Shown piece by piece: positions 24,389 through 34,000 of a stretch of 41,550 nucleotides of DNA (the first letter of the stretch is position 1; every line of letters starts with the position of its first letter). The notes under the pieces were generated by a model. The model had not been told where the DNA came from. It saw only the letters and a list, made by a program, of their open reading frames with translations, and searched no databases. Source of the stretch: a virus; the IMG/VR virus record IMGVR_UViG_3300034236_000021. The stretch is one strand, 5' to 3'. Made by a program: the position numbers and the translations under genes.

Positions 24389-24922
24389 ATGGTCAGATCA
24401 AATCTCCCGGCAGAACAAAACACACCACAAGATGGTTCGGGGGTAGAGTCGCTTAAAATCATCATCGAAGAACAGCGCCGTGACTATGATTATCTATTGC
24501 ACATCTATAATCGAACGCGTGCGACCGAAAGCATATTACTAACTGCTACTTTTGGTGTAGTTGCGTATCTATACTACTCCGCTCCTGTTGGGTCTAAGAC
24601 GACAATAGCTACGAGACTGTTCTTTCCTACGGAGGACTATGGCAAGGTTATATACGTCATAGCGGCTGGATTCTTCGCTTACGGCATTCTCAAGTTGATG
24701 CTAACCGTCTTTGGCAATAACCCGTGGGAGACTGCATATGATGGCAATGACCCCCAGAATGGCACGGAACAGTCTACGCTAGAGTACATTAAAAAGAGAT
24801 ATAATGAGTGTCACGCCTTTAACTCTCAAACGTACATTAAGCGTAAGGATAATCTTGAATTTTTATTTTTCTCAATAATCATCAGTGCTATAATACTTAT
24901 AGTAATAAAAACCTTAAGATAA
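24389..24922 (+). CDS. Membrane protein (177 aa, ~3 TM), plus-strand moron
   Basis: TM segments ILLTATFGVVAYLYY, VIYVIAAGFFAYGILKLMLTVF and FLFFSIIISAIILIVI. Own promoter and own terminator. Confidence 0.7.
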   Translation: MVRSNLPAEQNTPQDGSGVESLKIIIEEQRRDYDYLLHIYNRTRATESILLTATFGVVAYLYYSAPVGSKTTIATRLFFPTEDYGKVIYVIAAGFFAYGILKLMLTVFGNNPWETAYDGNDPQNGTEQSTLEYIKKRYNECHAFNSQTYIKRKDNLEFLFFSIIISAIILIVIKTLR

Positions 24923-24972
24923 GCGAGGTTTTCATGGCAGTATACGTATACAACTCATAACAAAATTATCAC

Positions 24973-24994
24973 AAGCCCTTCACGGGGCTTTTTT
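24973..24994 (+). terminator. Intrinsic terminator (plus strand)
   Basis: AAGCCC-ttcacg-GGGCTT-TTTT. Confidence 0.7.
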
Positions 24995-25100
24995 AATTAG
25001 CGCCTAGTAACAAAAAAGCCCGCTTGTCCCTGAGTGACTTACGAGCTTTATGCCCCGCTTCCAATGCGCTGTTAAAGCGGATATCTTTGCGCTTTCCCAT

Positions 25101-25138
25101 TTTAACAAATAACCGCCTCCTCGCAATGAGTGGCGGTT
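25101..25138 (-). terminator. Hairpin terminator at the end of the late/lysis operon
   Basis: Minus strand reads AACCGCC-13 nt-GGCGGTT followed by ATTTGTT. Confidence 0.45.
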
Positions 25139-25238
25139 ATTCGGCCTAGTCAGCATACAAGCTTTCGCTCATGCCTGTATTATATCAAATCTATATCCCG
25201 TAACCACGGCCAAGCGTTTACTTCTTATTAACTAACGC

Positions 25239-25589
25239 TTAACGTACACCTTCTGCGAAGTCTTGTGCTTCATTTACCTTCTGAGTATCGTAAAGTTTTT
25301 GGCGCAGCAGATAGCCCTCTAGGGCCCAGATTTTATTCCGAGCGTTCTCGCGAGCTATCTTGCGTCCGATTTCTTCATCGAAGTTCTTGGGGCTAGCAGC
25401 TGCGCTCTCGCCCGTAACGGTGAACCCGTTTCGCAAGACCAAGCAGCATATAGTCAAAGTCGTGCCATCAAAAACGTGGTACTTCTCGTCTACTATGGAA
25501 GCATCTATGTCCTCGGGCTTAAGCCGAGGAGCATTAAGCCCCTTCTCATTAATCTCTTTTTCGATTGCCTTTTCATCATGTCCAGCCAT
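25239..25589 (-). CDS. N4 Gp49 / Sf6 gp66-family protein (116 aa)
   Basis: TLTICCLVLRNGFTVTGESAAASPKNFDEEIGRKIARENARNKIWALEGYLLRQKL matches that family pattern. AAGGAG RBS. Confidence 0.7.
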   Translation of the reverse strand: MAGHDEKAIEKEINEKGLNAPRLKPEDIDASIVDEKYHVFDGTTLTICCLVLRNGFTVTGESAAASPKNFDEEIGRKIARENARNKIWALEGYLLRQKLYDTQKVNEAQDFAEGVR

Positions 25590-25648
25590 ATTAGGTCTCC
25601 TTCTATGATGCTCGGCCGCAGATAGGGATATAGATTTTTAAAGTGCAG

Positions 25649-25810
25649 TTAAAACGGCTTAGCAGCAATCACAAATAGTCCTGACAAAGACGCTATGAGG
25701 AATGAAGTACTAGTATCCCTGTCCAACCCTTTGAGTAAGCCGAACACCAGTACATAGACACCTAAAGCTGCTAGTACGTTAAGGGTTAATGACCTATGTT
25801 CCTTGCTCAT
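25649..25810 (-). CDS. Small 2-TM membrane protein (53 aa), possible second holin/antiholin
   Basis: MSKEHRSLTLNVLAALGVYVLVFGLL...FLIASLSGLFVIAA. Starts 7 nt after the holin stop. No clear SD. Confidence 0.45.
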   Translation of the reverse strand: MSKEHRSLTLNVLAALGVYVLVFGLLKGLDRDTSTSFLIASLSGLFVIAAKPF

Positions 25811-25816
25811 TGACCG

Positions 25817-25999
25817 TTAACGGCCGTCTGTATTCTTTTTGGCAAAGAAGATAGACGCACCAACGATAACTACGCCAATTAGTATTTCTATAGCGTCATG
25901 TAACTCATCAGTGATGATGATGTTCATTTTAGTCAATATCATGACTAGCAGGGTCGCTGCGGCACCGGCGATTGCTTTGTTGTATGGGCTTAAGTTCAT
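25817..25999 (-). CDS. Holin-like 2-TM protein (60 aa)
   Basis: Two TM segments, charged C-terminus KKNTDGR. Directly downstream of the lysin. AAGGAG RBS. Confidence 0.65.
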   Translation of the reverse strand: MNLSPYNKAIAGAAATLLVMILTKMNIIITDELHDAIEILIGVVIVGASIFFAKKNTDGR

Positions 26000-26010
26000 A
26001 GTAGTACTCC

Positions 26011-26868
26011 TTATTTGAATATTACGTTTATCTTCTGGCGAGTAGCCGCTGTATCTGCGGCTATTTGTTTTAACAGTTCATCAGCATTGGTACTGCCGTT
26101 TGGGGGCTGTTGACTGCCCTGCTGCTGGGCTGCGGTGAGCCTGCGCTGAAGTTCTGCGTTCTGGTTCTGAAGACTGACGATCTCACTTTGCTTTTGATCT
26201 ATCACCTTCTGGAACTGTCCTAATTGTCCTTTCGCTGCAAATGCTGCTTGAATTTCAGCCTCTACTAGCCCTGCCTCATGGCTATGGAATACGTCGTTCA
26301 TGACGAACTCGGCCCCGCTATATTGGCCTGAGCCGTAATGGCGATATGCCTCTTCATCAGCGGGTCGCCGTAACCTGGACCTGAAGACCTGATCGATAAA
26401 TTGATTTGTTGCCATGTCACCTCCTTGTGTGTTGTTCGGCTGCGCCTTGGGTGATAACCAACCCAGGACGCCGTTATAATTCGGATATTGACGAATCTCT
26501 AATGAGGTAAAGACTGGGGTTCCTAATTGCTGCCAGACTCGTAACGGATTGGCGCTTACAACCATGCCTACATGACCATACCGGCCCATGTAGCCGCCCC
26601 AGACAATGAGATCGCCAGGGTTTGGGAACTGTTCCCAGTTATTCGGGTCGTTAGCTATACGGTCAAAGTGCCGGGGGATCGTGCCATCAAACTGTTCGAA
26701 GAGATCACGGGCCCCGCCAGTTTCAGAACAATACAGCGTGCCATAAGGAACGCTGTATACGTCGTGCATAGCCCGTATGACCGCCGATACACACTCGCCC
26801 TTATACCCGCCTTGGCCGTTGTCCATCTGGCCGCCTATGTTTGATTGTGCATATTGAATGGGACTCAT
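26011..26868 (-). CDS. Endolysin with N-terminal CHAP domain (285 aa)
   Basis: Catalytic-type GECVSAV (Cys) and YGHVGMVVS (His). C-terminal half is a helical/coiled coil of unknown function. Confidence 0.8.
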   Translation of the reverse strand: MSPIQYAQSNIGGQMDNGQGGYKGECVSAVIRAMHDVYSVPYGTLYCSETGGARDLFEQFDGTIPRHFDRIANDPNNWEQFPNPGDLIVWGGYMGRYGHVGMVVSANPLRVWQQLGTPVFTSLEIRQYPNYNGVLGWLSPKAQPNNTQGGDMATNQFIDQVFRSRLRRPADEEAYRHYGSGQYSGAEFVMNDVFHSHEAGLVEAEIQAAFAAKGQLGQFQKVIDQKQSEIVSLQNQNAELQRRLTAAQQQGSQQPPNGSTNADELLKQIAADTAATRQKINVIFK

Positions 26869-27036
26869 GCTATTACCTTTGATGGTGATTTATCGCACAG
26901 CCTTATGCTGGCGCTAGGCGTATTATTAAAGAATGAATGATCTACACTTAATCGAAACCGAGACAAGAGCCATTGTTGAGGCTGATGTCTTTCTATGGCT
27001 AATGAATCTCCGGCTGCGCGGTGTCGGGTCAGCATG

Positions 27037-27369
27037 TTAACCCTGCCTCGTTAGGTAATAGAGAACTAGCCCACCGACAACGGAACTCATTAGGCCAAAC
27101 GCCCACTTAACTAAGGCGCGTAAGTCATCTACCTGAGTTTGGTCGGCTTTGTCATTGATTTTGGACTGGAGATCAACACGGAACTCGATAAGTCTGGCTG
27201 CGAGTGTATCTTGAAATTCCTTAAGGTCTGACCGCTTGATATTGTCCTGTCGGTCCACTTTAGTGCCAACCTCTTTCACGGCTGACTCTACACGGTCGAG
27301 TCGATACAAAATGAGCACTTCGTTGTCCATCTTGCTTGTATCTTGGTTTCGGTTCTTAGTATCTACCAT
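27037..27369 (-). CDS. XhlA-like membrane protein (110 aa)
   Basis: Start trimmed to ATG 27369 (GAGG RBS). Coiled coil followed by a C-terminal TM segment WAFGLMSSVVGGLVLYYL. Lies upstream of the lysin. Confidence 0.5.
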   Translation of the reverse strand: MVDTKNRNQDTSKMDNEVLILYRLDRVESAVKEVGTKVDRQDNIKRSDLKEFQDTLAARLIEFRVDLQSKINDKADQTQVDDLRALVKWAFGLMSSVVGGLVLYYLTRQG

Positions 27370-27424
27370 ATGTATCTGCCTCGTTAACAACCATCGCCTG
27401 CCTTTACCACCCGTGAACTTTGCA

Positions 27425-28276
27425 TTACAGCGGCACCACTGAGATTCTTCTAAAGGTAAATGTTCCGGTAGCTGCACCAACTCTGTACTTAGCAGCGAAC
27501 GTCGTGCTGCCTGGCGTTAGGCCTGTCATTAGGAACGTACCGCTGACAGACATGTTTGCCGTAGCTGTAGTGAGGCGTGTTGATACTGAGTAATTATCCG
27601 CAGCTGCCAGGGTGTTTGCTCCAGACAACGCGAAGCCCATGACAGTGGTACCGTCTGCGCCGCTGTTACCACCGTTGTAGGAAATAGCTACTAGAGCTAG
27701 ACCGTTTGCCCCGACTGTTACTGTCACTGTATCTGTAGCAGTTGCAAGGGATACGTAGGAAGTAGAAGTAGTTGTCTCGCCTGTAGCAACATAGGCGGTG
27801 GCTGCTCCAGTGGCTAGTTTGTTGGCCGTAACAGCAGCGTTGGATATCTTCGCCGTAGTCACTACGTCAGAGCCCAGCATCGTAGCACTGCTAACCGCCC
27901 CAGCCTTTACGGTACCGTCCGGGTTAAGGGATACTAGGATACCTCGCGCTAGCTCATCTGCCCATGCTGCTGTTGGCATACACTCTACTGTTTGACCAAT
28001 GGAGTTGCCTACGTCAGTCCCTGCTGTAAGCGTTAGGTTGGTTATCGTGGAGCCGGAGACTATACCCGACCAGTCACATTGTGAGCTGTCTATCTTGTCT
28101 CCAGAGGCGTCTGTAGAATATGTGGCGAAGTGTACCTTTGTAGCTGTCTCCCAACCTGTTAGTGCAGCACAGGTTAAAGTCGTACCGGCAGCGCTTCTAG
28201 TAGCCGTGACCGTTGTGGCTACGGGCCTGGTGGAGCCTGATACTACTTGCGTTATTAAATCTGTTGTGGCAGCCAT
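27425..28276 (-). CDS. Tail fibre/receptor-binding protein (283 aa)
   Basis: Thr/Ala/Gly-rich beta-type composition with KISNAAVTANKLATGA. Follows the tail-tube genes. Confidence 0.6.
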   Translation of the reverse strand: MAATTDLITQVVSGSTRPVATTVTATRSAAGTTLTCAALTGWETATKVHFATYSTDASGDKIDSSQCDWSGIVSGSTITNLTLTAGTDVGNSIGQTVECMPTAAWADELARGILVSLNPDGTVKAGAVSSATMLGSDVVTTAKISNAAVTANKLATGAATAYVATGETTTSTSYVSLATATDTVTVTVGANGLALVAISYNGGNSGADGTTVMGFALSGANTLAAADNYSVSTRLTTATANMSVSGTFLMTGLTPGSTTFAAKYRVGAATGTFTFRRISVVPL

Positions 28277-28288
28277 AGTTGTCCCTTT

Positions 28289-30280
28289 CTAGGTCAAATC
28301 CTTAGTTCCGACTAATACGTAACGGATAATCACATCGGATAATTGGTAGTCGACGCCTGCAGTTGTGGTATTCAATTCCCAAGTAAGCCACTGCAATTCT
28401 TCATCAACTTCAATCACGACTGGCTTATTGGCATCCCCGAACTGCGTAGGAACTGCGGTGGAACTTGACCAACCGAAAGAAGACCAGGCGGCTTCTGACC
28501 AACCGGCGATAGATGCAGAAGACGTATAGGTATCACCTCCTACGGTTGTGAGGGAGGCGTCTTCTGTTTTGCCTGCTACGTTAAGGGTTATCTGGCCCTG
28601 TGGCCTTTGGATAAAGAACGTAACGTCAATAACCTTTGCCCAGTCCAGGCCGTCCTCAGAGAACTTCAGTAATCCTGAGGTAGCAGACGTGATGAATGCT
28701 GAGCCGTTATCATTTGTCGCTTGGGCGTAGCTAAATTCGTAAACCTGGTTATTCGAGAGGACGCAGAAGTGTGTAGTGCCGCTATTGTCGTTGTAGAGCC
28801 ACATCCAGTCAGCTGCTACGGTCCAAGGCTTCATCCATGCACCATCACGGTCAAGGTCAAGCACCCATATTTCGTTATTGCTGGTCGTTCCGAAAGGTAC
28901 CGCCCAGTAAAGCTTTCCTTCAAAACCTAGCCCGACACACATATCCATGGCGGAGTTATCCAAGCTTTTAATACTGTTCTGGATAGTGTTAGAAACTCTA
29001 TTAGTTGAGAGTAGATTCTGTAGCTGGGGCTTCGTGCCAGTGGTCTTGAACCCGTCACGCGATGGGTACCATAAGGAGTCGTTGTATAGAATTACACCGT
29101 CTGGTGAGTCGGTGCCGTCCTGCCCGTTATCTTCAGTCACACCGAAGAAATCGATAATGGTATCACCGACCGTCAGGGTTTCTTTAGACATAAGGTAGCG
29201 TTTGCCTCGGCCGTTGGTGCCACGGCACATGACGGTAATTTGAGGGTTGCCTCGGCCATCACGGAAAGGCCGAACACATACTGGAAACTCTTTTGTACCT
29301 TTGCCTATCTCAACATTGCCACCACCGTTAAAGGGAGAGAAGTCTAATACAGAATTAGCCGTACCACCAAACCACACATAGCGCGGGTGGTCTTTGTCTC
29401 CGGTTAGGAAAACCTGACCGTTAATTACCTCACCCCTGGTAACCTTGGGGCCTGCGGTGGAGTCAGTGGTAGGTGCCTGTCGAGTAGGGTCTTTGGCTAT
29501 TTGGCCATCATCCTTAAAAGACAATCCATTGATGCCAGCTGCGATTAGGAAAAGGCTGCCGGACACGTCACCTTGGTATAGGTTATAGCTTGCAGCGCTA
29601 GCAACCGCTGACCACGATACCGTTACGTGATTAGTGCTAGAATCCCATGCCTCTCTGAGTGACCCTACCTGCACAGAGGCAGAGGCGGCTGCGGCTGTCT
29701 CACCCACCGTACTGTTGGCTGTAACAGTGTAGTAGTAGGTGTAGGTTGTTCCAGCTAGCCCTGACTTTACTGGTGTTGGAGCCGAGGGGGTGCTTAGGGC
29801 AACGAAGGGAACAACTGTCGGGGTTGTAGTTGAGGTGGAGATATTAAAATAACTAAGGTTATCCTCGCCATTCATTACGAGCACCTTGTCATCTATCTGG
29901 CAGAAATGGGCACGCGCGGCAGTGTCGTAGGTCTTGCCGGTAGTAGCCGTCCAAGCCCCACCGTCCTTGCTGATATAGGGCCTGGCTGTACCGCTAACAT
30001 TCTGCATACAGATAAGCCAGTTGGTGCTGCCAGTTGCCGTAGCCTCTACATACTCGAAAACCCCGCCTAGAATCGTACCCGTAGGTTGTATGCCGTAGGA
30101 GATGAGGGAGGGCCGGGGGCGAAGGGTGCCGTCCTGGTCAAGTACTACGTTGCCAGAGCTGCGTAGACCGTCAGTAGGCGTGCGTCCATCATCATTAGCT
30201 GTAACAGTTCCCTTTAGCCAGTCCCGATAGCTAAGCCTCCGTATCTTGGGTTTGGGTCGTCTAACAGCCTGGGAAATCAT
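28289..30280 (-). CDS. Large tail protein (663 aa), tail tubular B/nozzle-like with an FN3-like insert
   Basis: Size and position. Segment PSAPTPV...YTYYYTVTANS...VTVSWSAVASAASYNLYQG looks FN3-like. ATGA overlap with the upstream gene. Confidence 0.5.
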   Translation of the reverse strand: MISQAVRRPKPKIRRLSYRDWLKGTVTANDDGRTPTDGLRSSGNVVLDQDGTLRPRPSLISYGIQPTGTILGGVFEYVEATATGSTNWLICMQNVSGTARPYISKDGGAWTATTGKTYDTAARAHFCQIDDKVLVMNGEDNLSYFNISTSTTTPTVVPFVALSTPSAPTPVKSGLAGTTYTYYYTVTANSTVGETAAAASASVQVGSLREAWDSSTNHVTVSWSAVASAASYNLYQGDVSGSLFLIAAGINGLSFKDDGQIAKDPTRQAPTTDSTAGPKVTRGEVINGQVFLTGDKDHPRYVWFGGTANSVLDFSPFNGGGNVEIGKGTKEFPVCVRPFRDGRGNPQITVMCRGTNGRGKRYLMSKETLTVGDTIIDFFGVTEDNGQDGTDSPDGVILYNDSLWYPSRDGFKTTGTKPQLQNLLSTNRVSNTIQNSIKSLDNSAMDMCVGLGFEGKLYWAVPFGTTSNNEIWVLDLDRDGAWMKPWTVAADWMWLYNDNSGTTHFCVLSNNQVYEFSYAQATNDNGSAFITSATSGLLKFSEDGLDWAKVIDVTFFIQRPQGQITLNVAGKTEDASLTTVGGDTYTSSASIAGWSEAAWSSFGWSSSTAVPTQFGDANKPVVIEVDEELQWLTWELNTTTAGVDYQLSDVIIRYVLVGTKDLT

Positions 30281-30969
30281 ACATAGCCCGCCATGCTGTC
30301 ATCGATGGTGTGCCCAAGAGGATTCCAGGGGCTGAGTATGGTTATAGACTGCGAATCATTGTCTTCGCGCATCCGCTCCATGCGGTCGTTGGCCTCAGCA
30401 ATAAGATCAGCTCGCAAGTCTTGGCGAGTTACATCATTACGGACGTAATCAGCGGCCACTACATATACGAGCCAGTCTGGGTCATCTACGGTAAGGTCAT
30501 CGGTCGCGCCTGTCAGAACTTCTGGGAACAGGTACACAGGGAGATAGATTGTGCCGCCGAACTGTGGGCTAGACGAATTGAACGCATTATTAAACCGGAT
30601 GGTCCGGCCTATCCTCGCCGCATAGTTTCCTGTATCCATGTTCCGTAGCCGGTTGGCGTCAACAATTGTGTAATCTGACCAAACAGTGGTGCTACCTGAG
30701 TGCGTAATGCGGATAACATCAGACTCTTGTTGGCTGATTTTCCGTATTTCATCATCTAGGTCAAATGTCTGGGCAGCAGTAACAGTGCCTGCGCTATATG
30801 CAGGGTCGTATAGTGAGTTCCAATCGATTCCAGGGGTACGCGCCCAGACCCTTTGGTACCGGTTTCCGGCAGCTAAAAGGTTATTCCATTTCGTAGAGCC
30901 AACAGCAAAAGTAGGTATTTTACCAGTGGCAGCTTGGAATGCGTCAGAGATGAACTCTTCGACGGTCAA
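30277..30969 (-). CDS. Tail adaptor / tail tubular A-like protein (230 aa)
   Basis: Position upstream of the 663-aa protein. The only possible start is TTG 30969 (in-frame TGA 14 codons upstream, no other start codon). Function inferred from synteny only. Confidence 0.5.
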   Translation of the reverse strand: MTVEEFISDAFQAATGKIPTFAVGSTKWNNLLAAGNRYQRVWARTPGIDWNSLYDPAYSAGTVTAAQTFDLDDEIRKISQQESDVIRITHSGSTTVWSDYTIVDANRLRNMDTGNYAARIGRTIRFNNAFNSSSPQFGGTIYLPVYLFPEVLTGATDDLTVDDPDWLVYVVAADYVRNDVTRQDLRADLIAEANDRMERMREDNDSQSITILSPWNPLGHTIDDSMAGYV

Positions 30970-31068
30970 GAGGGTGCCTAGCTGATAGCACGAAGGTTGA
31001 GCAGTGGCTCAAGCGTTCTGCACTCGTGTATTCAGCTACGCTGCTAATCTGACTGGATTATACCATTT
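30970..31068 (-). promoter_or_regulatory. Promoter plus conserved ~80-nt leader, copy B
   Basis: Minus strand carries TGgTATAAT (31065-31057) immediately after the 1345-aa gene stop. The 5' box TCAGATTAGCAGCGTAGCTGAAT and 3' box GTGCTatCAGCTAGGCaCCCTC-TTG are shared with copy A. Confidence 0.7.
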
Positions 31069-31069
31069 G

Positions 31070-34000
31070 TCAGGAGACTTTGCGACTGGTTTGTACGAGC
31101 TTAGCCCTACGTAGTTTCGGTGTCCTTACACTAGCTGTAAACTTGGGTATGGACGGACGGGAAGCCTTAATAGTAGACTGACGCGCGCGCCCTATGGTTG
31201 GGGTCTTTAGGGCTAGGCCAATAGCTTTGGCGCTCCTGGCCTTAGCCTGACCCTCACCTTTAGCTTTAGGTTTTATTGATACGTTCCCGTACTTATCTCG
31301 AAGCTTGCTCTTTTCCTGTAGGCCTGCCTTAGTTAAGGCGTCGTCATAGTCGAGCAAACGCCCTACGAGGTCAGTATCATTACCCTTACTTTCTAGGTAC
31401 TTAGATATTTCTGATTTATTCATCTCATAGAGATCACGCACGTTCTTGTCGTACTTTGAGCCAACTTCCAGCTTTTGTAATTTTCTTTTTCTTGTGATGT
31501 CTTTGACCTCTGTAATCTTGCCCTCAGATTTGTCTTGGTCATACTTGTCTTTTGCGGCTATATACTCTGCCTCGGGTGAGGAGTAGAACTCAGTCTCTTT
31601 TTGTTCCTCGGTCTGTGTATAAGACTTTGGATTGAACTTGCCCTGAGCAAGCTGTTTTTGCCCAAACGAAAGTTTCTTTTCTTCGCCTTCATATCCTGGT
31701 GCATATTGACCAACCTGGTTCTCAGCAGCGTACTTAGCCTTCTCTACCGCCAGAATATCTTTTGAGAGGTTAGCCAGTGCTTTCTTTTGTTCTTCATCGC
31801 CTAGAGCTTTATATTCAGGTGTAGCTACTAGACTCTTCCATCCTGCTCCAACTTGCTGCCCCACCTGATCTTGTAGCGCCTTTAACTGGGGCTTTTCTAG
31901 CTTCGTGTCTTTTCCGAAGGTGTCTGACTTGATCTGTGAAGGGATAGCACCCATGTCCACATCCTTAAGCGCACGTAGCTCCTGTGAAACTGCGTCACCT
32001 TCCCGGACAAGACTCGGCTTAAAGGGGTTAACGTACTGGTTTAAGAAGTTATCTTTAGCGGGTAATGGTTGGCCAAACAGATCAGTCTTTGGTGCGGTCT
32101 GACCACGCAGCCCAGGCACCCCAGATTTGATACCTTCAATAATGCCCTCAGGCTTTCTTTGAATCTCATCAGCAGCGCGTGCAGCCGAACGTACAAAGTT
32201 GGGGGTAAGAGAAGACGTACTATTCTCTACAAACTTCTTAGCGGTACCGTCGGGGTCATTAATTGCGTCTAGTACACCACTAATACCTTTCAAGAAGGAT
32301 TGCTCTTGCATGGCCTGCGCTGCGGTCGCAATCGCGCTGAAAGTCTTGTCTGTCGTGCCCTTACCTTCTTGGCCACTATCGTGTATGTCGCCGCCAATAG
32401 CCAGGAGCATACCAAACGGCTGTAGGTAGTTCAGGGAATACCAGCGGTTGCCTACTCGAACAGAGTACGGTTGTTTGCCTTCCGCTTCCCATAGCTTGCG
32501 TTCTTTTTCGTCACGAGGATAACCGAATGTCATGTCTCCCGCTTTAGCTAGAGCAAGCCCTGCGCCAATAGCTACAACTCCAAACGTACCGTTGCCTATC
32601 GCCTGTGACATGGCCCTTTGATCGAACGGCTCACCAGCTTTCACAGCTTTAATCTGCGTAACCATCTCCTTGGCAATCCCGACTGGGGTACGTTCTACAA
32701 GACGTGTGGCTATCGCGGACGGCACTTGAGTAAACGGTATTACAAAGTCTACTACTGGCTTGGCTGGGCCCGCGCTTCTCTTAAGCCCACTCGCCATATT
32801 GCCTAATATTGTTTTGTTCTTAAACGTAGCGTAATCGGATTCCTTTGTCGCGCGCTCCAGCGCCTGGGTTGGCGGGTTAGCCATAAACTTTTGTACAAAT
32901 GAACTCCTGGCGTTACCCTTAAGCCCCCGGTTAGTAGCCTCAGCCTTAGCGATGCTACTAAGCGCTTCTTTCTGGGCCGAGGTGCTAAACGGTGCATCCG
33001 CCGTCCCCATGAGGCGGTAGACGCCGTTAACGTATCCCCCGAGTGCTTTGCCAAATGGGCTGTTACCATAGCTCAGATCAGCCTTCTGTTCGTATTTCTG
33101 CCCGTTGTTACGAGGGTCATAGCCTGTCTTTATATAGTCAGGGAGTGTCTTGGCGCCTTCCTTAAAGCCGGAACCGGCAGCACCCGGTAGTGCTAGCGTC
33201 TGAGTTCGTTTCCCAGTAGCAAGGCTCATTAACATATCTGCTCCAGTGGCCACAGGGTTAACAAACCCCTTTCGCACCAGTGCCTCACCCGTGTTACCAA
33301 GCAAGTTACCAGCGGTAGTTGTTGGGGCGGTTAGTAGCCCAGCTCGCCAGAAGTTTATAATGCGGTCGCCTGCCCCGGACGGGATGTTATCGTTTACCAG
33401 TTTCTGTACTTCGAACACCGCCCGCTGTTTATCAGTGGCGGTCTTTGTCTTGGCTATGAGAGCATTAAGCTGTGTCTGTAGTTCAGGCGTTACTTTTACT
33501 CCTGCCTGATTCAGTTGCTTAGTAGCCCAGTAGCGAAGCCCCTCGGGAGTACGGCGAGATAAGATAGCCGCAGCTTGGACAGTTTGACCGGCGGCCGTCA
33601 GGTGTTCGCTTAGGCGCTCATACAGCTCGGTGGCTTTCTGCAAACTAGCTGGGTCGGCTTTGGCGTCAAGGATTGCAGCGAGTGATTGGGTATCGGCCAC
33701 ATCTTGACTGCTAATCTTGCCGCTTGGCGCTTCTAATCGAGTGCGGACGTCTATCTCGAACGTGTCCTCGCCCTGAGCCTTTAGTCGTCCTAGGGAGTCT
33801 GTATATCGAGCTCTTTCGGTTTGCACATCGTATTGTGGGGCACCTGCCTTAACGTCTCGGCGCACCTGCTCACTTACAAATTCACTTTCAGGTACAGTTT
33901 TCCCAGCATAACGGGAAGTCTTCTGTTTGCTTACAGGGTCAAACGTTGCCACAGCTTGATTGGGTGGGAGGCTCATGTCTCCAGCTGGAGCAGTAAGCGT

